A stretch of 64,000 nt of DNA from Candidatus Latescibacterota bacterium (GCA_965198115.1 OZ240241.1:2208001-2272000), one strand, 5' to 3'. Positions 1 to 11,037 are shown, counted from the stretch's first letter. Numbers and translations: made by a program. Notes: generated by a model not told the origin, from the letters alone.

Positions 1-1
1 C

Positions 2-196
2 ATTTGGCAGGAGAACCTGCAGGACTTTTTCCGGGTCGCGCGCCAACGCACAGGCTCTCAGCTGACGACAATCTCCGACGAAGCTTACCAGGCAGGGTTG
101 GAAGCGATCGAGAAAGTGATCGAGGAAGACGCTCGCCCCGACCGCACCGTGGACAGTGAGCTCACACTCGTCACCATCCTGGCTGACAAAGCCTGA
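2..196 (+). CDS. 3' end of a gene truncated by the window edge; possibly a class I SAM methyltransferase C-terminus
   Basis: Frame 2 is open from the edge: IWQENLQDFFRVARQRTGSQLTTISDEAYQAGLEAIEKV...ILADKA*, TGA at 194-196. The product is a guess. Confidence 0.45.
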   Translation: MWQENLQDFFRVARQRTGSQLTTISDEAYQAGLEAIEKVIEEDARPDRTVDSELTLVTILADKA

Positions 197-611
197 CGAA
201 CGTCAGTGTTCGAGCGCCCAACAATGAAAACGGGCCCTCACATCCAGTGTAGATGATCTGTTGTGCGTTCCTTTGGTGGACATTCAAGTAACATCTGTCG
301 ACCCACGGGATGACGCCGAGGGAAAGGCGACAGGCGGCCCGATGTTCCTTCCACCTCCTATGGCGGCTAGTCCGCAATTGCAACATCCCGGGTGACTTTT
401 CTGTCAAGAAACCAGATGCCGGCGGACGGTAAGGGGGCGGGGTGGAGCAAGTGGGCTACTGGATGTTCGGCCCTGCCATCGGATAAACTGCCGGCCGAGG
501 CCACAGCCCCCGCGGCGCCTGAGCGGGACTTTTCTGCCACTCTTTTGGTCACAAAAGAGTGGGATCCGAATAGGTGATGCACAGAGGGTTGGCGTAAAAC
601 CACATCATCAC

Positions 612-663
612 AGAAAAGAAAGCCCCGACGCTATCGCACCGGAACGTGCGCGCATCGGGGCTT
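612..663 (-). terminator. Intrinsic terminator of ssb
   Basis: Minus strand reads AAGCCCCGA...TCGGGGCTT followed by TCTTTTCT, about 27 bp after the ssb stop. Confidence 0.75.
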
Positions 664-689
664 GATCGTTGAGTCGAATCGGTCTACGA

Positions 690-1229
690 TCAGAACGGCA
701 GGTCGTCGTCCGGATCGTTGAAAGGCGGTGGTTCGGGGGGACCGCCTTGGGGACCACCGGAAGCATTGCCCCCTTCCCCTTGCGGGGCACCCTGCGGCTC
801 CTGCTGACCGCTAAATTGCTGGCCACTACCTTGAGGCGATGCCTGGGCAGCATAGCCGCCATCGCTGGCCGGTGGGCCACCCGAGTCGTCGCGTGAGTCG
901 AGCATCTGCATTTCGTTCGCCACGATTTCGGTCGTGTAGCGACGCTGACCGTCCTGACCTTCCCAGGACCGTGTCTGTAGACGCCCTTCGATGTAAACCT
1001 TGCTCCCCTTGCGAAGATACTGATTGCAGATCTCGGCGAGCCGGCCCCACGCGACGATTCGATGCCACTCTGTTCGTTCCTGTCGTTCGCCGCTGTTCTT
1101 GTCGGTCCAGCTCTCGTTCGTTGCAATACTGAAGTTCGCCACACCCGCTCCACTCGGTGTGTAGCGCAACTCCGGATCGCCTCCGACGTTGCCGAGCAGA
1201 ATCACCTTGTTGACGCCTCTTCGTGCCAT
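690..1229 (-). CDS. ssb: Single-stranded DNA-binding protein
   Basis: [24 protein letters not shown]...TEWHRIV...[15 protein letters not shown], Gly/Pro/Gln linker and acidic DDDLPF tail. ATG 1229 has GGAGG upstream. Confidence 0.97.
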   Translation of the reverse strand: MARRGVNKVILLGNVGGDPELRYTPSGAGVANFSIATNESWTDKNSGERQERTEWHRIVAWGRLAEICNQYLRKGSKVYIEGRLQTRSWEGQDGQRRYTTEIVANEMQMLDSRDDSGGPPASDGGYAAQASPQGSGQQFSGQQEPQGAPQGEGGNASGGPQGGPPEPPPFNDPDDDLPF

Positions 1230-1356
1230 TGATGGGCCTCCTGGATTGGGTACTTGAATAGCGGGAAATGGCACGTCCCGGTAGGTTCAATGTGAATATA
1301 GTCGGGGTCAAACATCGCGTCAAGACGGCCCCTCAGCACGGCAGAGGTTCTCCAAT

Positions 1357-2902
1357 TTGACGATCACAGCCGCACAAGCGCGCACGGGAATCGCCCTCTG
1401 CAGCGCCCTCTTTCTGCTCCAAACCGTAACGTCTGCACGCCAGAAATCCCTCACGTGGGACGAGCCGACATTCATCGTAGCGGGGCTCAGCTATTTCCAT
1501 ACGGGTGACTTCGTCCTGAACGCAGAAGCCCCGCCCCTCGCCCAATACCTCATAGCGCTACCGCTTCTTCTTACCGACCTGCAGCCGCCCGACTACACAT
1601 CACCCGAATACAATCCCCGTGAACAGGTCGCCTTCGCGAGCCGATGGGTGGAAGCGAACGCCGATCGGATCGAGACCATTGCGTTGCTTTCGAGGGCGTC
1701 GACTTGGCTGATCGGTTCGGCCCTGGTGCTGCTCGTCGGCCTCTTCGCGATGCGATCGATGGGGCCACTGGCTGGGCTGACCGCCGCTCTCGTCGCGGCC
1801 CTGTCACCTAACCTGATCGCCCACGGACGTCTGGCGATAACGGACGTGGCTTGCGCCCTCGGCATGTTCGCCTCCGTGGTCACGTTACACACGGCGGTGC
1901 GTCAGAACGGACAATGGGCGTGGGTCCTTGTCGGTGTCGCCTGCGGGTTGGCCGCGTGAAGTTCACTTCGTGTCTGCTGGTACCCACCATCGGATTGATC
2001 CTGGTTATCGAAATACGACGTGCTACTCTCCCAATGCATCGCGCCATTCAGGGAACGCTCATACTCGCCGCTGCATCGCTCGTCGTCCTCACGATCGGCT
2101 ATCTCGGCAAACCCTGGCTCCTCCTCGAAGGTCTCTCGCGCGTCTATCGGAATACCACGCCAGGCTATCAGTTCTACTTGCTCGGTGATGTTTATGAAAC
2201 TCCGGTCTGGTACTACTACATCGTCACCTCATTCATAAAGATCCCCACGCCCACATTCCTTCTCTTGGCGATCGCGGCATGGACTACTTCACGAGAAAGG
2301 AACTTCGTGAGATCCTCCTCTACTGCGGCGTCCCCATCATCTTTCTATACGTCGCAACGGCGTTCGATTCCGCCAATCTCGGCATTCGTCGTGTCCTCCC
2401 GGCCTTCCCGTTCGCGTTCGTCCTGATCGGAATCACCGGAGTCACACACGACTGCCACCCCTGTCGGCACCTGCATCGAGCACTCGTCGCCTGGTGCGCA
2501 ATCGTCGCCTGGGTCATCTACCCGCATCACCTTTCCTTCTTCAACGCCCCATCCGGTGGCCCCACGCGAGGTCCCTACCTGCTCGAAGACAGCAACGTTG
2601 ACTGGGGTCAGGATCTTCCTGCTCTCGCCGCCTGGCAGCGTGAACATCAACCGGGCGAGCCAATCAAGCTGTTCTACTTCGGCACCGTTCCACCAGAATT
2701 GTATGGCATTCGCCACTTACCCATACCGCTAGAAGAAATCGTCGCACCCGAGCCGATCGTCTACGCCATCAGCGCGCATCAGCTCGTCTACATCCGCAAG
2801 ATCGCAAAGCAGACTAAGGCCAACATCGATTGGCTGACAAAGTATCGACCGTTCGATCGCGCTGGCTATAGCATTTACCTATACCGCTTTCCACAGGAGT
2901 GA
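1357..2902 (+). pseudogene. ArnT/PMT-like (GT39/GT83) membrane glycosyltransferase, split by two frameshifts
   Basis: Three overlapping ORFs carry consecutive family motifs: TWDEP..., SPNLIAHGRLAITD, then KFTS...WYYY...KIP, then NLGIRRVLP, DSNVDWGQDL, AGYSIYLY. Shifts near 1955 and 2290; these could be sequencing errors. Confidence 0.8.
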
Positions 2903-2967
2903 GAAGGCCGCAGGCAGAAGCAAGTAGGTAACCCAGCTTCGCGACGGTAGAGAAAAGGCGACCCTAC

Positions 2968-4203
2968 AGAAGCTGTTTCGTCATCGCCGTAAAGCCACAT
3001 AAGAATGGTTGTTGTTGTCTGGAGTGCGGCCGTCGAGGTAAAATCGTCCGCACAATGCCCCATCCGCGTCGGTGGCGTGACATTCCGGTGTGCGGGTGGA
3101 GGGTCTGGCTTCTCTACCATCCTCGGGAGATTCGGTGTCCTACCCACGGTCGTGTGGTCGAGGAGATTCCGTGGGCGGAGCGGTTCTCTCGGGTGACGTA
3201 TCGCTTCGAGTATGCCATGCTGCGCTACTGCCAGACCATGACGCAGAAGGCGGCGTCCGAGTTGCTGCGCATCTCTGCCTCGACGCTGTCGGATCTCCTT
3301 CACCGATCCATCACGCGGCTTCGTGAAGGTCATCGTATCCGAGGGCTCAAAACCATCGGGATCGACGAGATCTCCTACGCCAAGCGTCACAGGTACGCCA
3401 CGCTCGTTTACGATCTGGACCGCTCCTGCGTGGTGTGGGTTGGCCGCGGCAGGGCGCGTAAAACGATCGATCGGTTCTTCACAGAGGCTCTCAGTCCCTA
3501 CCGGAGATCCAAGATCGAGTGGGCCTGCTGCGACATGAGCGAAGCTTACATCGGAGCCATCCAGGAACACTGTCCGAATGCCAAGCTGGTCCTCGATCGC
3601 TTTCACATCGTCAAGGCTCTCAATGCCGCCGTTGACGAGGTCCGTAAGGACCAGTGGCGTAAAGCTGCCCCGGATGAGCGCAAAGCCATGAAGGGCCTCC
3701 GATGGCTCCTCTACCGGCACTCAGCGACACGCTCCAGAGGGGATACTCGGACACTCAAAGCACTGGAGAAGGCGAACTACCGAATCTATAGAGCCTGGAG
3801 ACTCAAGGACGAGTTCGAGCAGTTCTGGGAATACAAAGCGCCCTGGGCTGCCGAACGCTTCCTGAAATGCTGGACGACGTCCGCACTCAGAAGTCGACTT
3901 GAACCCCTGCGAAAGTTCGTCAGGACCCTGCGACAGCACTTCTTCGGCGTCCTCGCATTCGTGAACACGCGTCTTACCAACGCCATCGCCGAAGGCCTCA
4001 ACCGAATCGTCCAAATCGTCAAGAACCGAGCCAGCGGATTCCGCACACTCGACGCATTCAACGATATGATCTTCCTTACCGTCGGAGACATAAACATCCC
4101 TGAGCAGATTCCGAAGAGGTTCCGCACACGCTAACCGCGCCCCCATGCCAGGAACCACGGCACCTTCACCCACTTCAGCTCGTTGAGAGATCCGGATATA
4201 GCC
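2968..4203 (+). mobile_element. ISL3-family IS, copy 1, 5'-truncated (first ~184 bp missing)
   Basis: Near-identical to copies 2-4 from AGAAGCTG onward; ends at right IR ...GGATATAGCC. Confidence 0.93.
3055..4134 (+). pseudogene. ISL3 transposase, N-terminally truncated
   Basis: Same protein as 4284-5561 but lacking the N-terminus. Confidence 0.9.
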
Positions 4204-4210
4204 AAAAAAA

Positions 4211-5630
4211 GGCTCTATCCGGGTTTCTCAACGGTGAAACTATAGAATGACAAGGTCATAGATCGTTCCCTACGCTTGGTTGTGTGTGTAGGACAATCAA
4301 AGCGAAGGGGGTGCGACCTATGACCGGGAGCAGATTACTATCGAAACTGCTGAGATTCAAGGGGTTCCGTGTTGTCAGCTGGTGGTTTGAGGGGAGAAGC
4401 TGCTTCGTCATCGCCGTAAAGCCACATAAGAATGGTTGTTGTTGTCCGGAGTGCGGCCGTCGAGGTAAAATCGTCCGCACAATGCCCCATCCGCGTCGGT
4501 GGCGTGACATTCCGGTGTGCGGGTGGAGGGTCTGGCTTCTCTACCATCCTCGGGAGATTCGGTGTCCTACCCACGGTCGTGTGGTCGAGGAGATTCCGTG
4601 GGCGGAGCGGTTCTCTCGGGTGACGTATCGCTTCGAGTATGCCATGCTGCGCTACTGCCAGACCATGACGCAGAAGGCGGCGTCCGAGTTACTGCGCATC
4701 TCTGCCTCGACGCTGTCGGATCTCCTTCACCGATCCATCACGCGGCTTCGTGAAGGTCATCGTATCCGAGGGCTCAAAACCATCGGGATCGACGAGATCT
4801 CCTACGCCAAGCGTCACAGGTACGCCACGCTCGTTTACGATCTGGACCGCTCCTGCGTGGTGTGGGTTGGCCGCGGCAGGGCGCGTAAAACGATCGATCG
4901 GTTCTTCACAGAGGCTCTCAGTCCCTACCAGAGATCCAAGATCGAGTGGGCCTGCTGCGACATGAGCGAAGCTTACATCGGAGCCATCCAGGAACACTGT
5001 CCGAATGCCAAGCTGGTCCTCGATCGCTTTCACATCGTCAAGGCTCTCAATGCCGCCGTTGACGAGGTCCGTAAGGACCAGTGGCGTAAAGCTGCCCCGG
5101 ATGAGCGCAAAGCCATGAAGGGCCTCCGATGGCTCCTCTACCGGCACTCAGCGACACGCTCCAGAGGGGATACTCGGACACTCAAAGCACTGGAGAAGGC
5201 GAACTACCGAATCTATAGAGCCTGGAGACTCAAGGACGAGTTCGAGCAGTTCTGGGAATACAAAGCGCCCTGGGCTGCCGAACGCTTCCTGAAATGCTGG
5301 ACGACGTCCGCACTCAGAAGTCGACTTGAACCCCTGCGAAAGTTCGTCAGGACCCTGCGACAGCACTTCTTCGGCGTCCTCGCATTCGTGAACACGCGTC
5401 TTACCAACGCCATCGCCGAAGGCCTCAACCGAATCGTCCAAATCGTCAAGAACCGAGCCAGCGGATTCCGCACACTCGACGCATTCAACGATATGATCTT
5501 CCTTACCGTCGGAGACATAAACATCCCTGAGCAGATTCCGAAGAGGTTCCGCACACGCTAACCGCGCCCCCATGCCAGGAACCACGGCACCTTCACCCAC
5601 TTCAGCTCGTTGAGAGATCCGGATATAGCC
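4211..5630 (+). mobile_element. ISL3-family IS, copy 2 (1420 bp)
   Basis: IRL GGCTCTATCCGGGTTTCTCAACG; IRR reverse complement GGCTATATCCGGATCTCTCAACG; flanked by A7 and A8. Confidence 0.96.
4284..5561 (+). CDS. ISL3 family transposase (likely true start ATG 4320)
   Basis: CPECG zinc finger, IGIDE, DM..AY, DRFHIVK, TNAIAEGLN...ASGFR motifs. Confidence 0.96.
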   Translation: MCRTIKAKGVRPMTGSRLLSKLLRFKGFRVVSWWFEGRSCFVIAVKPHKNGCCCPECGRRGKIVRTMPHPRRWRDIPVCGWRVWLLYHPREIRCPTHGRVVEEIPWAERFSRVTYRFEYAMLRYCQTMTQKAASELLRISASTLSDLLHRSITRLREGHRIRGLKTIGIDEISYAKRHRYATLVYDLDRSCVVWVGRGRARKTIDRFFTEALSPYQRSKIEWACCDMSEAYIGAIQEHCPNAKLVLDRFHIVKALNAAVDEVRKDQWRKAAPDERKAMKGLRWLLYRHSATRSRGDTRTLKALEKANYRIYRAWRLKDEFEQFWEYKAPWAAERFLKCWTTSALRSRLEPLRKFVRTLRQHFFGVLAFVNTRLTNAIAEGLNRIVQIVKNRASGFRTLDAFNDMIFLTVGDINIPEQIPKRFRTR

Positions 5631-5638
5631 AAAAAAAA

Positions 5639-7058
5639 GGCTCTATCCGGGTTTCTCAACGGTGAAACTATAGAATGACAAGGTCATAGATCGTTCCCTA
5701 CGCTTGGTTGTGTGTGTAGGACAATCAAAGCGAAGGGGGTGCGACCTATGACCGGGAGCAGATTACTATCGAAACTGCTGAGATTCAAGGGGTTCCGTGT
5801 TGTCAGCTGGTGGTTTGAGGGGAGAAGCTGTTTCGTCATCGCCGTAAAGCCACATAAGAATGGTTGTTGTTGTCCGGAGTGCGGCCGTCGAGGTAAAATC
5901 GTCCGCACAATGCCCCATCCGCGTCGGTGGCGTGACATTCCGGTGTGCGGGTGGAGGGTCTGGCTTCTCTACCATCCTCGGGAGATTCGGTGTCCTACCC
6001 ACGGTCGTGTGGTCGAGGAGATTCCGTGGGCGGAGCGGTTCTCTCGGGTGACGTATCGCTTCGAGTATGCCATGCTGCGCTACTGCCAGACCATGACGCA
6101 GAAGGCGGCGTCCGAGTTACTGCGCATCTCTGCCTCGACGCTGTCGGATCTCCTTCACCGATCCATCACGCGGCTTCGTGAAGGTCATCGTATCCGAGGG
6201 CTCAAAACCATCGGGATCGACGAGATCTCCTACGCCAAGCGTCACAGGTACGCCACGCTCGTTTACGATCTGGACCGCTCCTGCGTGGTGTGGGTTGGCC
6301 GCGGCAGGGCGCGTAAAACGATCGATCGGTTCTTCACAGAGGCTCTCAGTCCCTACCAGAGATCCAAGATCGAGTGGGCCTGCTGCGACATGAGCGAAGC
6401 TTACATCGGAGCCATCCAGGAACACTGTCCGAATGCCAAGCTGGTCCTCGATCGCTTTCACATCGTCAAGGCTCTCAATGCCGCCGTTGACGAGGTCCGT
6501 AAGGACCAGTGGCGTAAAGCTGCCCCGGATGAGCGCAAAGCCATGAAGGGCCTCCGATGGCTCCTCTACCGGCACTCAGCGACACGCTCCAGAGGGGATA
6601 CTCGGACACTCAAAGCACTGGAGAAGGCGAACTACCGAATCTATAGAGCCTGGAGACTCAAGGACGAGTTCGAGCAGTTCTGGGAATACAAAGCGCCCTG
6701 GGCTGCCGAACGCTTCCTGAAATGCTGGACGACGTCCGCACTCAGAAGTCGACGTGAACCCCTGCGAAAGTTCGTCAGGACCCTGCGACAGCACTTCTTC
6801 GGCGTCCTCGCATTCGTGAACACGCGTCTTACCAACGCCATCGCCGAAGGCCTCAACCGAATCGTCCAAATCGTCAAGAACCGAGCCAGCGGATTCCGCA
6901 CACTCGACGCATTCAACGATATGATCTTCCTTACCGTCGGAGACATAAACATCCCTGAGCAGATTCCGAAGAGGTTCCGCACACTCTAACCGCGCCCCCA
7001 TGCCAGGAACCACGGCACCTTCACCCACTTCATCTCGTTGAGAGATCCGGATATAGCC
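5639..7058 (+). mobile_element. ISL3-family IS, copy 3 (1420 bp)
   Basis: Same IRs; AAAAAAAA on both sides (5631-5638, 7059-7066). Confidence 0.96.
5712..6989 (+). CDS. ISL3 family transposase
   Basis: Near-identical to copy 2. Confidence 0.96.
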   Translation: MCRTIKAKGVRPMTGSRLLSKLLRFKGFRVVSWWFEGRSCFVIAVKPHKNGCCCPECGRRGKIVRTMPHPRRWRDIPVCGWRVWLLYHPREIRCPTHGRVVEEIPWAERFSRVTYRFEYAMLRYCQTMTQKAASELLRISASTLSDLLHRSITRLREGHRIRGLKTIGIDEISYAKRHRYATLVYDLDRSCVVWVGRGRARKTIDRFFTEALSPYQRSKIEWACCDMSEAYIGAIQEHCPNAKLVLDRFHIVKALNAAVDEVRKDQWRKAAPDERKAMKGLRWLLYRHSATRSRGDTRTLKALEKANYRIYRAWRLKDEFEQFWEYKAPWAAERFLKCWTTSALRSRREPLRKFVRTLRQHFFGVLAFVNTRLTNAIAEGLNRIVQIVKNRASGFRTLDAFNDMIFLTVGDINIPEQIPKRFRTL

Positions 7059-7974
7059 AAAAAAAAGCATAAGCTGCCCGGCGCTTGGAAGGGCCATAGT
7101 CGTGCCCTTCGGACTCAAAGTGCACATTCTCAACCCTATCTTCGCACCCGTGCAGCGCATAGATCCTCTGGATAAATGGAAACCCCACACTCGGAAAATT
7201 GTGCGTGGGATCTTCCCCGCCAACCGAAATCAACAGCTGAGGTCGAGGCACGGCCGACGCAGACAGCTCGATCGCATTCGTATCCGGATCCTGCATAATC
7301 GACGATCCGACGCCCTCGCACACGCAGCCGTTGGTCAGAGGAGACCACGGATATACAATCACAACCGGAGCAGATACTTTCACGCGCTCATCCACAAGCG
7401 TCAGAAAAAACGTCTGGGTCCCTCCACCCGAAGCCCCCGTAACCCCCACGCGTTCCGAATCGACTCCCGACAGATCGGTGAGATGGTCAATGACCCTGAT
7501 ACTGTTCCACGTCTGAAGCGTCAACGTTAAGGGGTCCTTGTGGGCCAACTGTTGAGAATCCTGATATCCCACCATGCTATAGGAAAACACCGTGGCGCCC
7601 ATACGCGCAAAGTGAGCACAGCGGATCTGATGCTCCGGCCGAAACCGCCCCTCTTTGAAATGCCCGTGCGGACACAGAACCGCCGGACTATCCGAAGGCT
7701 CAGGACGGGGCCGATACAGATTTCCCGTACAGTAGAACCCGGGCACGGTTTCCAGGGCCACATTTTCAACGCTGTAGTCCTCGTATTCTCGGCGGCTGTG
7801 TGAAATCGGATTCAGAGGCGTCTTTGGTGGCAAGGGCCACAGCTTTGCTCCCTTCAGAAACCCCTCACGCAATTCCGCACGTCGCCTGGACCAGGCGTCG
7901 GCGGTTGTGTAGAGATCCTTCGACCGTTGTAATTGAGATGCGATGCGCTCACGGCCGACAGATGCAGCCTCCAT
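7059..7974 (-). pseudogene. Acetylxylan esterase-like alpha/beta hydrolase; extreme C-terminus replaced by ISL3
   Basis: PAVLCPHGH, GVTGASGGGTQT nucleophile elbow, CVCEG, HDYGPSKR. ATG 7974 has an SD. Reading frame runs into ISL3 IRR after AYAFF. It may still be functional. Confidence 0.8.
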
Positions 7975-8023
7975 CGCCTTTCCTTTATCTAGACTTCCTG
8001 GTTCGCCTGTTGGTGCTACGTGG

Positions 8024-8989
8024 TCAGGCCTTACGCTCTGCCTCAACCGCTTGAATCAGCGCGATGATGTACCCGAACTGAAACGCCCACGCCTGCCGAA
8101 CACGTCCTGACCCTTCGATCGGTGAAACGTCATCCGGATGCTTCGGAGCGTGGTCGGGCATCAGCATATAGGGATAGTCCACGTCGCGCAGGGTCTTGGC
8201 CAGTCGGTACATATCCACGTCGCCCTCATCCGGCCAGACCTCCTGAAAATTGTGGAGGCCACCCTTGATATTCCGAAAATGAATGTTGAAAAGCTTTTTC
8301 CTCTCGCCGAAGTACCGGACGATGTCGTAGAGTTCCTCGCCCGGATTCTCCAACCCTTCGGACGCGACACCGCAGCAGAAGTTGAAACCGTGATATGGGC
8401 TATCGACCAGCTCAGAGAATCGCTTCAGCCCCTCCATCACGGGAAAGTTCCACAGCTCGACACCCTTCAGCACGGGGGCAGGTGGGTCGTCGAGGTGACA
8501 CGCGAACTGGATCTTGTTCTCCTCAGCCACTGGAATGACGCGCTCGAGCAGGTATCCCGCTCGCTCGTATGCTTCCTCCCGACTCACTTCACCCGCTTCG
8601 GTCCGGAAATCATTGTCGAATTCCTCGATCCTGAATGTGCTGCAGGACACACCACCGCGTCCCTGTGTCCGCTCCGTTCGGGAGTGTCCCCCGATGGTGA
8701 AGTTGTAGTTGAGCCCACGTAGGCCGGCCTGCCCGGCGATTTCGATCTTCCGGCACAACCCGTCGATGTCCTTGTCCCGTTCGGGGTCCCGGGCCAGCGT
8801 GATGCTCTTCGGAATCTCGATATGGATCATCTCCAGCTCAACGCCCTCAACCGCGGCCTCTTCCCTGTAACGCTTCAGCTTTTCCAGATCTGTCCCGTCA
8901 TCGTCGCAATCCATATGCGTGACACCGTGTCTGACGAGAAATTCCAGCTCGCGTTTCGACGTTCCGATTCCCTGCACTCCGACGTACAT
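8024..8989 (-). CDS. uxuA: Mannonate dehydratase (UxuA-like)
   Basis: YLLERVIPVAEE..I..ACHLDDPP, FNFCCG, IHFRNIKG, EVWPDEGDVDM, LMPDHAP. Confidence 0.8.
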   Translation of the reverse strand: MYVGVQGIGTSKRELEFLVRHGVTHMDCDDDGTDLEKLKRYREEAAVEGVELEMIHIEIPKSITLARDPERDKDIDGLCRKIEIAGQAGLRGLNYNFTIGGHSRTERTQGRGGVSCSTFRIEEFDNDFRTEAGEVSREEAYERAGYLLERVIPVAEENKIQFACHLDDPPAPVLKGVELWNFPVMEGLKRFSELVDSPYHGFNFCCGVASEGLENPGEELYDIVRYFGERKKLFNIHFRNIKGGLHNFQEVWPDEGDVDMYRLAKTLRDVDYPYMLMPDHAPKHPDDVSPIEGSGRVRQAWAFQFGYIIALIQAVEAERKA

Positions 8990-9054
8990 AACCCCTCCAA
9001 GAAGAGAATTCTATGCCGACCGTCACCCTCTCATGCAACATCTCACAAGCCAGA

Positions 9055-9825
9055 CTAACCGTCCGTCCTTCGAACCCTTCGCAACAGGTCCTTCTCACGC
9101 GGAGACAGGGTCTGATAGAACGACTCGGTTAGCATCGGCGTATTTTCGTTGGCCTCCAATCGCCCATGACTTTCGGTGTAGTACCAATGGCGATTGTGCA
9201 CGATGACCATAAATGGGCGGGGCGCCTCAGTACGATTGGGAGTGCCACGGTGTAGGGTGCGCGGGTCCGTAATCATCACGTCGCCGGCCTCGAGCAAGAC
9301 TGGCTTGAGCGGGATTTGGCCCGAGTTGACCTTCTCCACCGTCTCAGCCCGGGGCAGATGCTGGGTTCGCTCGGCCACTTCAAACGGACCATTCTCCGGC
9401 GTCACATCAACAAGCGTAAACCGCACGGACAACAGCGATGGCGGGTTCCGATGGTCCGGCTCTTCGGGGAACAACAAAGGCAGATCCGCGTGGACCTTCT
9501 GGTGTTCCGACCCCCTTATCGGTGTGTCTGTGCCGTAGTAGGAGACGTACATGTTCTCACCCAGGATGCGGCCGACGATCTGGGTCACCGTGTCGTCGTC
9601 GAAAAAAACGGAGTGATAGAGCGGCGGCCCGAAGGGTAGACCGATGGCCCACCGCTTCGGTCCACGGTTGCCTTCCGGGATACGGGCGGCAACATCTCTT
9701 AGCAGCGGCAAAAATGCCTGGTGGCATGCTTCAACTGCCGGCCGTGGAAAATGACCCGGCAGGATGCAGTGCCCGATGTCCAGGATTTCTGCCACGCACG
9801 TGTCGATATTGACTCGATCCTCCAT
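9055..9825 (-). CDS. Phytanoyl-CoA dioxygenase (PhyH) family Fe(II)/2OG oxygenase
   Basis: QKVHAD, DVTPENGPFE, AGDV...RTLHRGTPN...R motifs. ATG 9825 has GGGGAGG upstream. Confidence 0.88.
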   Translation of the reverse strand: MEDRVNIDTCVAEILDIGHCILPGHFPRPAVEACHQAFLPLLRDVAARIPEGNRGPKRWAIGLPFGPPLYHSVFFDDDTVTQIVGRILGENMYVSYYGTDTPIRGSEHQKVHADLPLLFPEEPDHRNPPSLLSVRFTLVDVTPENGPFEVAERTQHLPRAETVEKVNSGQIPLKPVLLEAGDVMITDPRTLHRGTPNRTEAPRPFMVIVHNRHWYYTESHGRLEANENTPMLTESFYQTLSPREKDLLRRVRRTDG

Positions 9826-9891
9826 AGTCGAAACCTCCCCTGGGCCGAATGCCCTACCGCTCCTGCGATCAGTATATGCGCAGCCTCTCAT

Positions 9892-10952
9892 TCACACCTT
9901 CTCCAGATATGCCCAGAGTTCATCAAAGTGCGTACCCGTGATCGGCTGGTGGCGCAGGATTGAATCGATTCCCCCTTCTGTCATGTAAGGGGGGACGAAT
10001 TCCAAGCCTTTGCGCAATTCCTCGTAGGAAAGACCCATCGCTGATGGACGAATGCGGACCTGACACGCGTTCAGCCTGGCTGTGAGCTTTTCCGGCGCCG
10101 CCTCAGCCTGCCAGGCGATGATGATAGCGCCCAGGGCAACCACTTCCCCGTGTATCCAGCCGCGATCATTGATCAATTCCAGAGCCAGCCAGAAAGGATG
10201 GTCGCCGCTTCCGTGCCGGCTGGCAGTTGCCGGCTGTCGCGCTCCTGTAACGAAGACACGATATGCTCGATACTGGCAGCGGTAAGATTCTCTTGCGGGC
10301 CCAGGGTTTGCCTAAAACCCTGGACGAGTTCGTCCAGGTAGTTTTCCAGGGTTGTAGCTGCTCCCTGGTCGAATTCCGGTCCGGATCCTTGCCCCGCCCG
10401 CCAACGCCACTCAGCAAGACCCGCGTACATGCACAAGATGTCGCCGAGCCCCGCCGTGTTCAGGTAATAGGGGGCGGCCATCACCACGTCGTAGTCGACC
10501 AGGACGTACTCGCAGTCGACCCACGGCCAGTCGTCGACGCCCCCGATTATTTTGCGGCCCTCCCACTTGGCCACCACGCCGTGGATGATGGCCCCGCTGG
10601 AGGCGATGGTGGGCACCAGGATCAGCGGGACCCCCTTGTCGAGGGCGACGAACTTCGAGGCGTCGAGCGCCCGACCTCCGCCCAGACCGACCACCAGCTC
10701 AATGTCGTCGGGCAGTTGCCGGCCCAATTCCCGCTGGTGCTGCGAATCCAGCCACTCGGCGTAAGCGATACCCTCCGGTGATCGCGCGAGAGACGGACCA
10801 GCTGCCGCCAGAGCACTCGGGGTGGAGACAATCCCGTAGCGAGGCCAGCTTTCGCTATCGCGCCTCAACAATTCACTGCCGTAACGGATGTCTATTTCCG
10901 CTGCTCGTTTCATGCGGCTGCCACCATCCCAGCCGCGGCCTGACACGGTCAT
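9892..10952 (-). pseudogene. Glycerol-1-phosphate dehydrogenase / iron-containing ADH family, frameshifted near 10215
   Basis: GLGGGRALDASK, VPTIASS, AGLGD in the first ORF; SGDH...WIHGEVVALG continues in the frame of ORF 9892-10176. Confidence 0.8.
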
Positions 10953-10974
10953 AGCTGTTTCCCTCTCTCGGGCG

Positions 10975-11037
10975 GATAGGGAATAAACGGGGTTCTTTCC
11001 TCCGCAGATAGGAAGAATAAACGGGGTTCTTTCCTCC
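10975..11037. repeat. Tandem direct repeat of GAATAAACGGGGTTCTTTCCTCC (2 copies, 34 bp period)
   Basis: Copies at 10981-11003 and 11015-11037, each preceded by GATAGG. Confidence 0.9.

Noticed and set aside
537-570. GAGTGGGA hairpin as a c-di-GMP-I riboswitch
   Set aside because: Lacks the GCAAA/GAAA tetraloop-receptor layout and the second stem.
10975-11037. Direct repeats as a mini-CRISPR array
   Set aside because: Only two units, an 11-bp gap that is largely shared sequence, and no cas genes.
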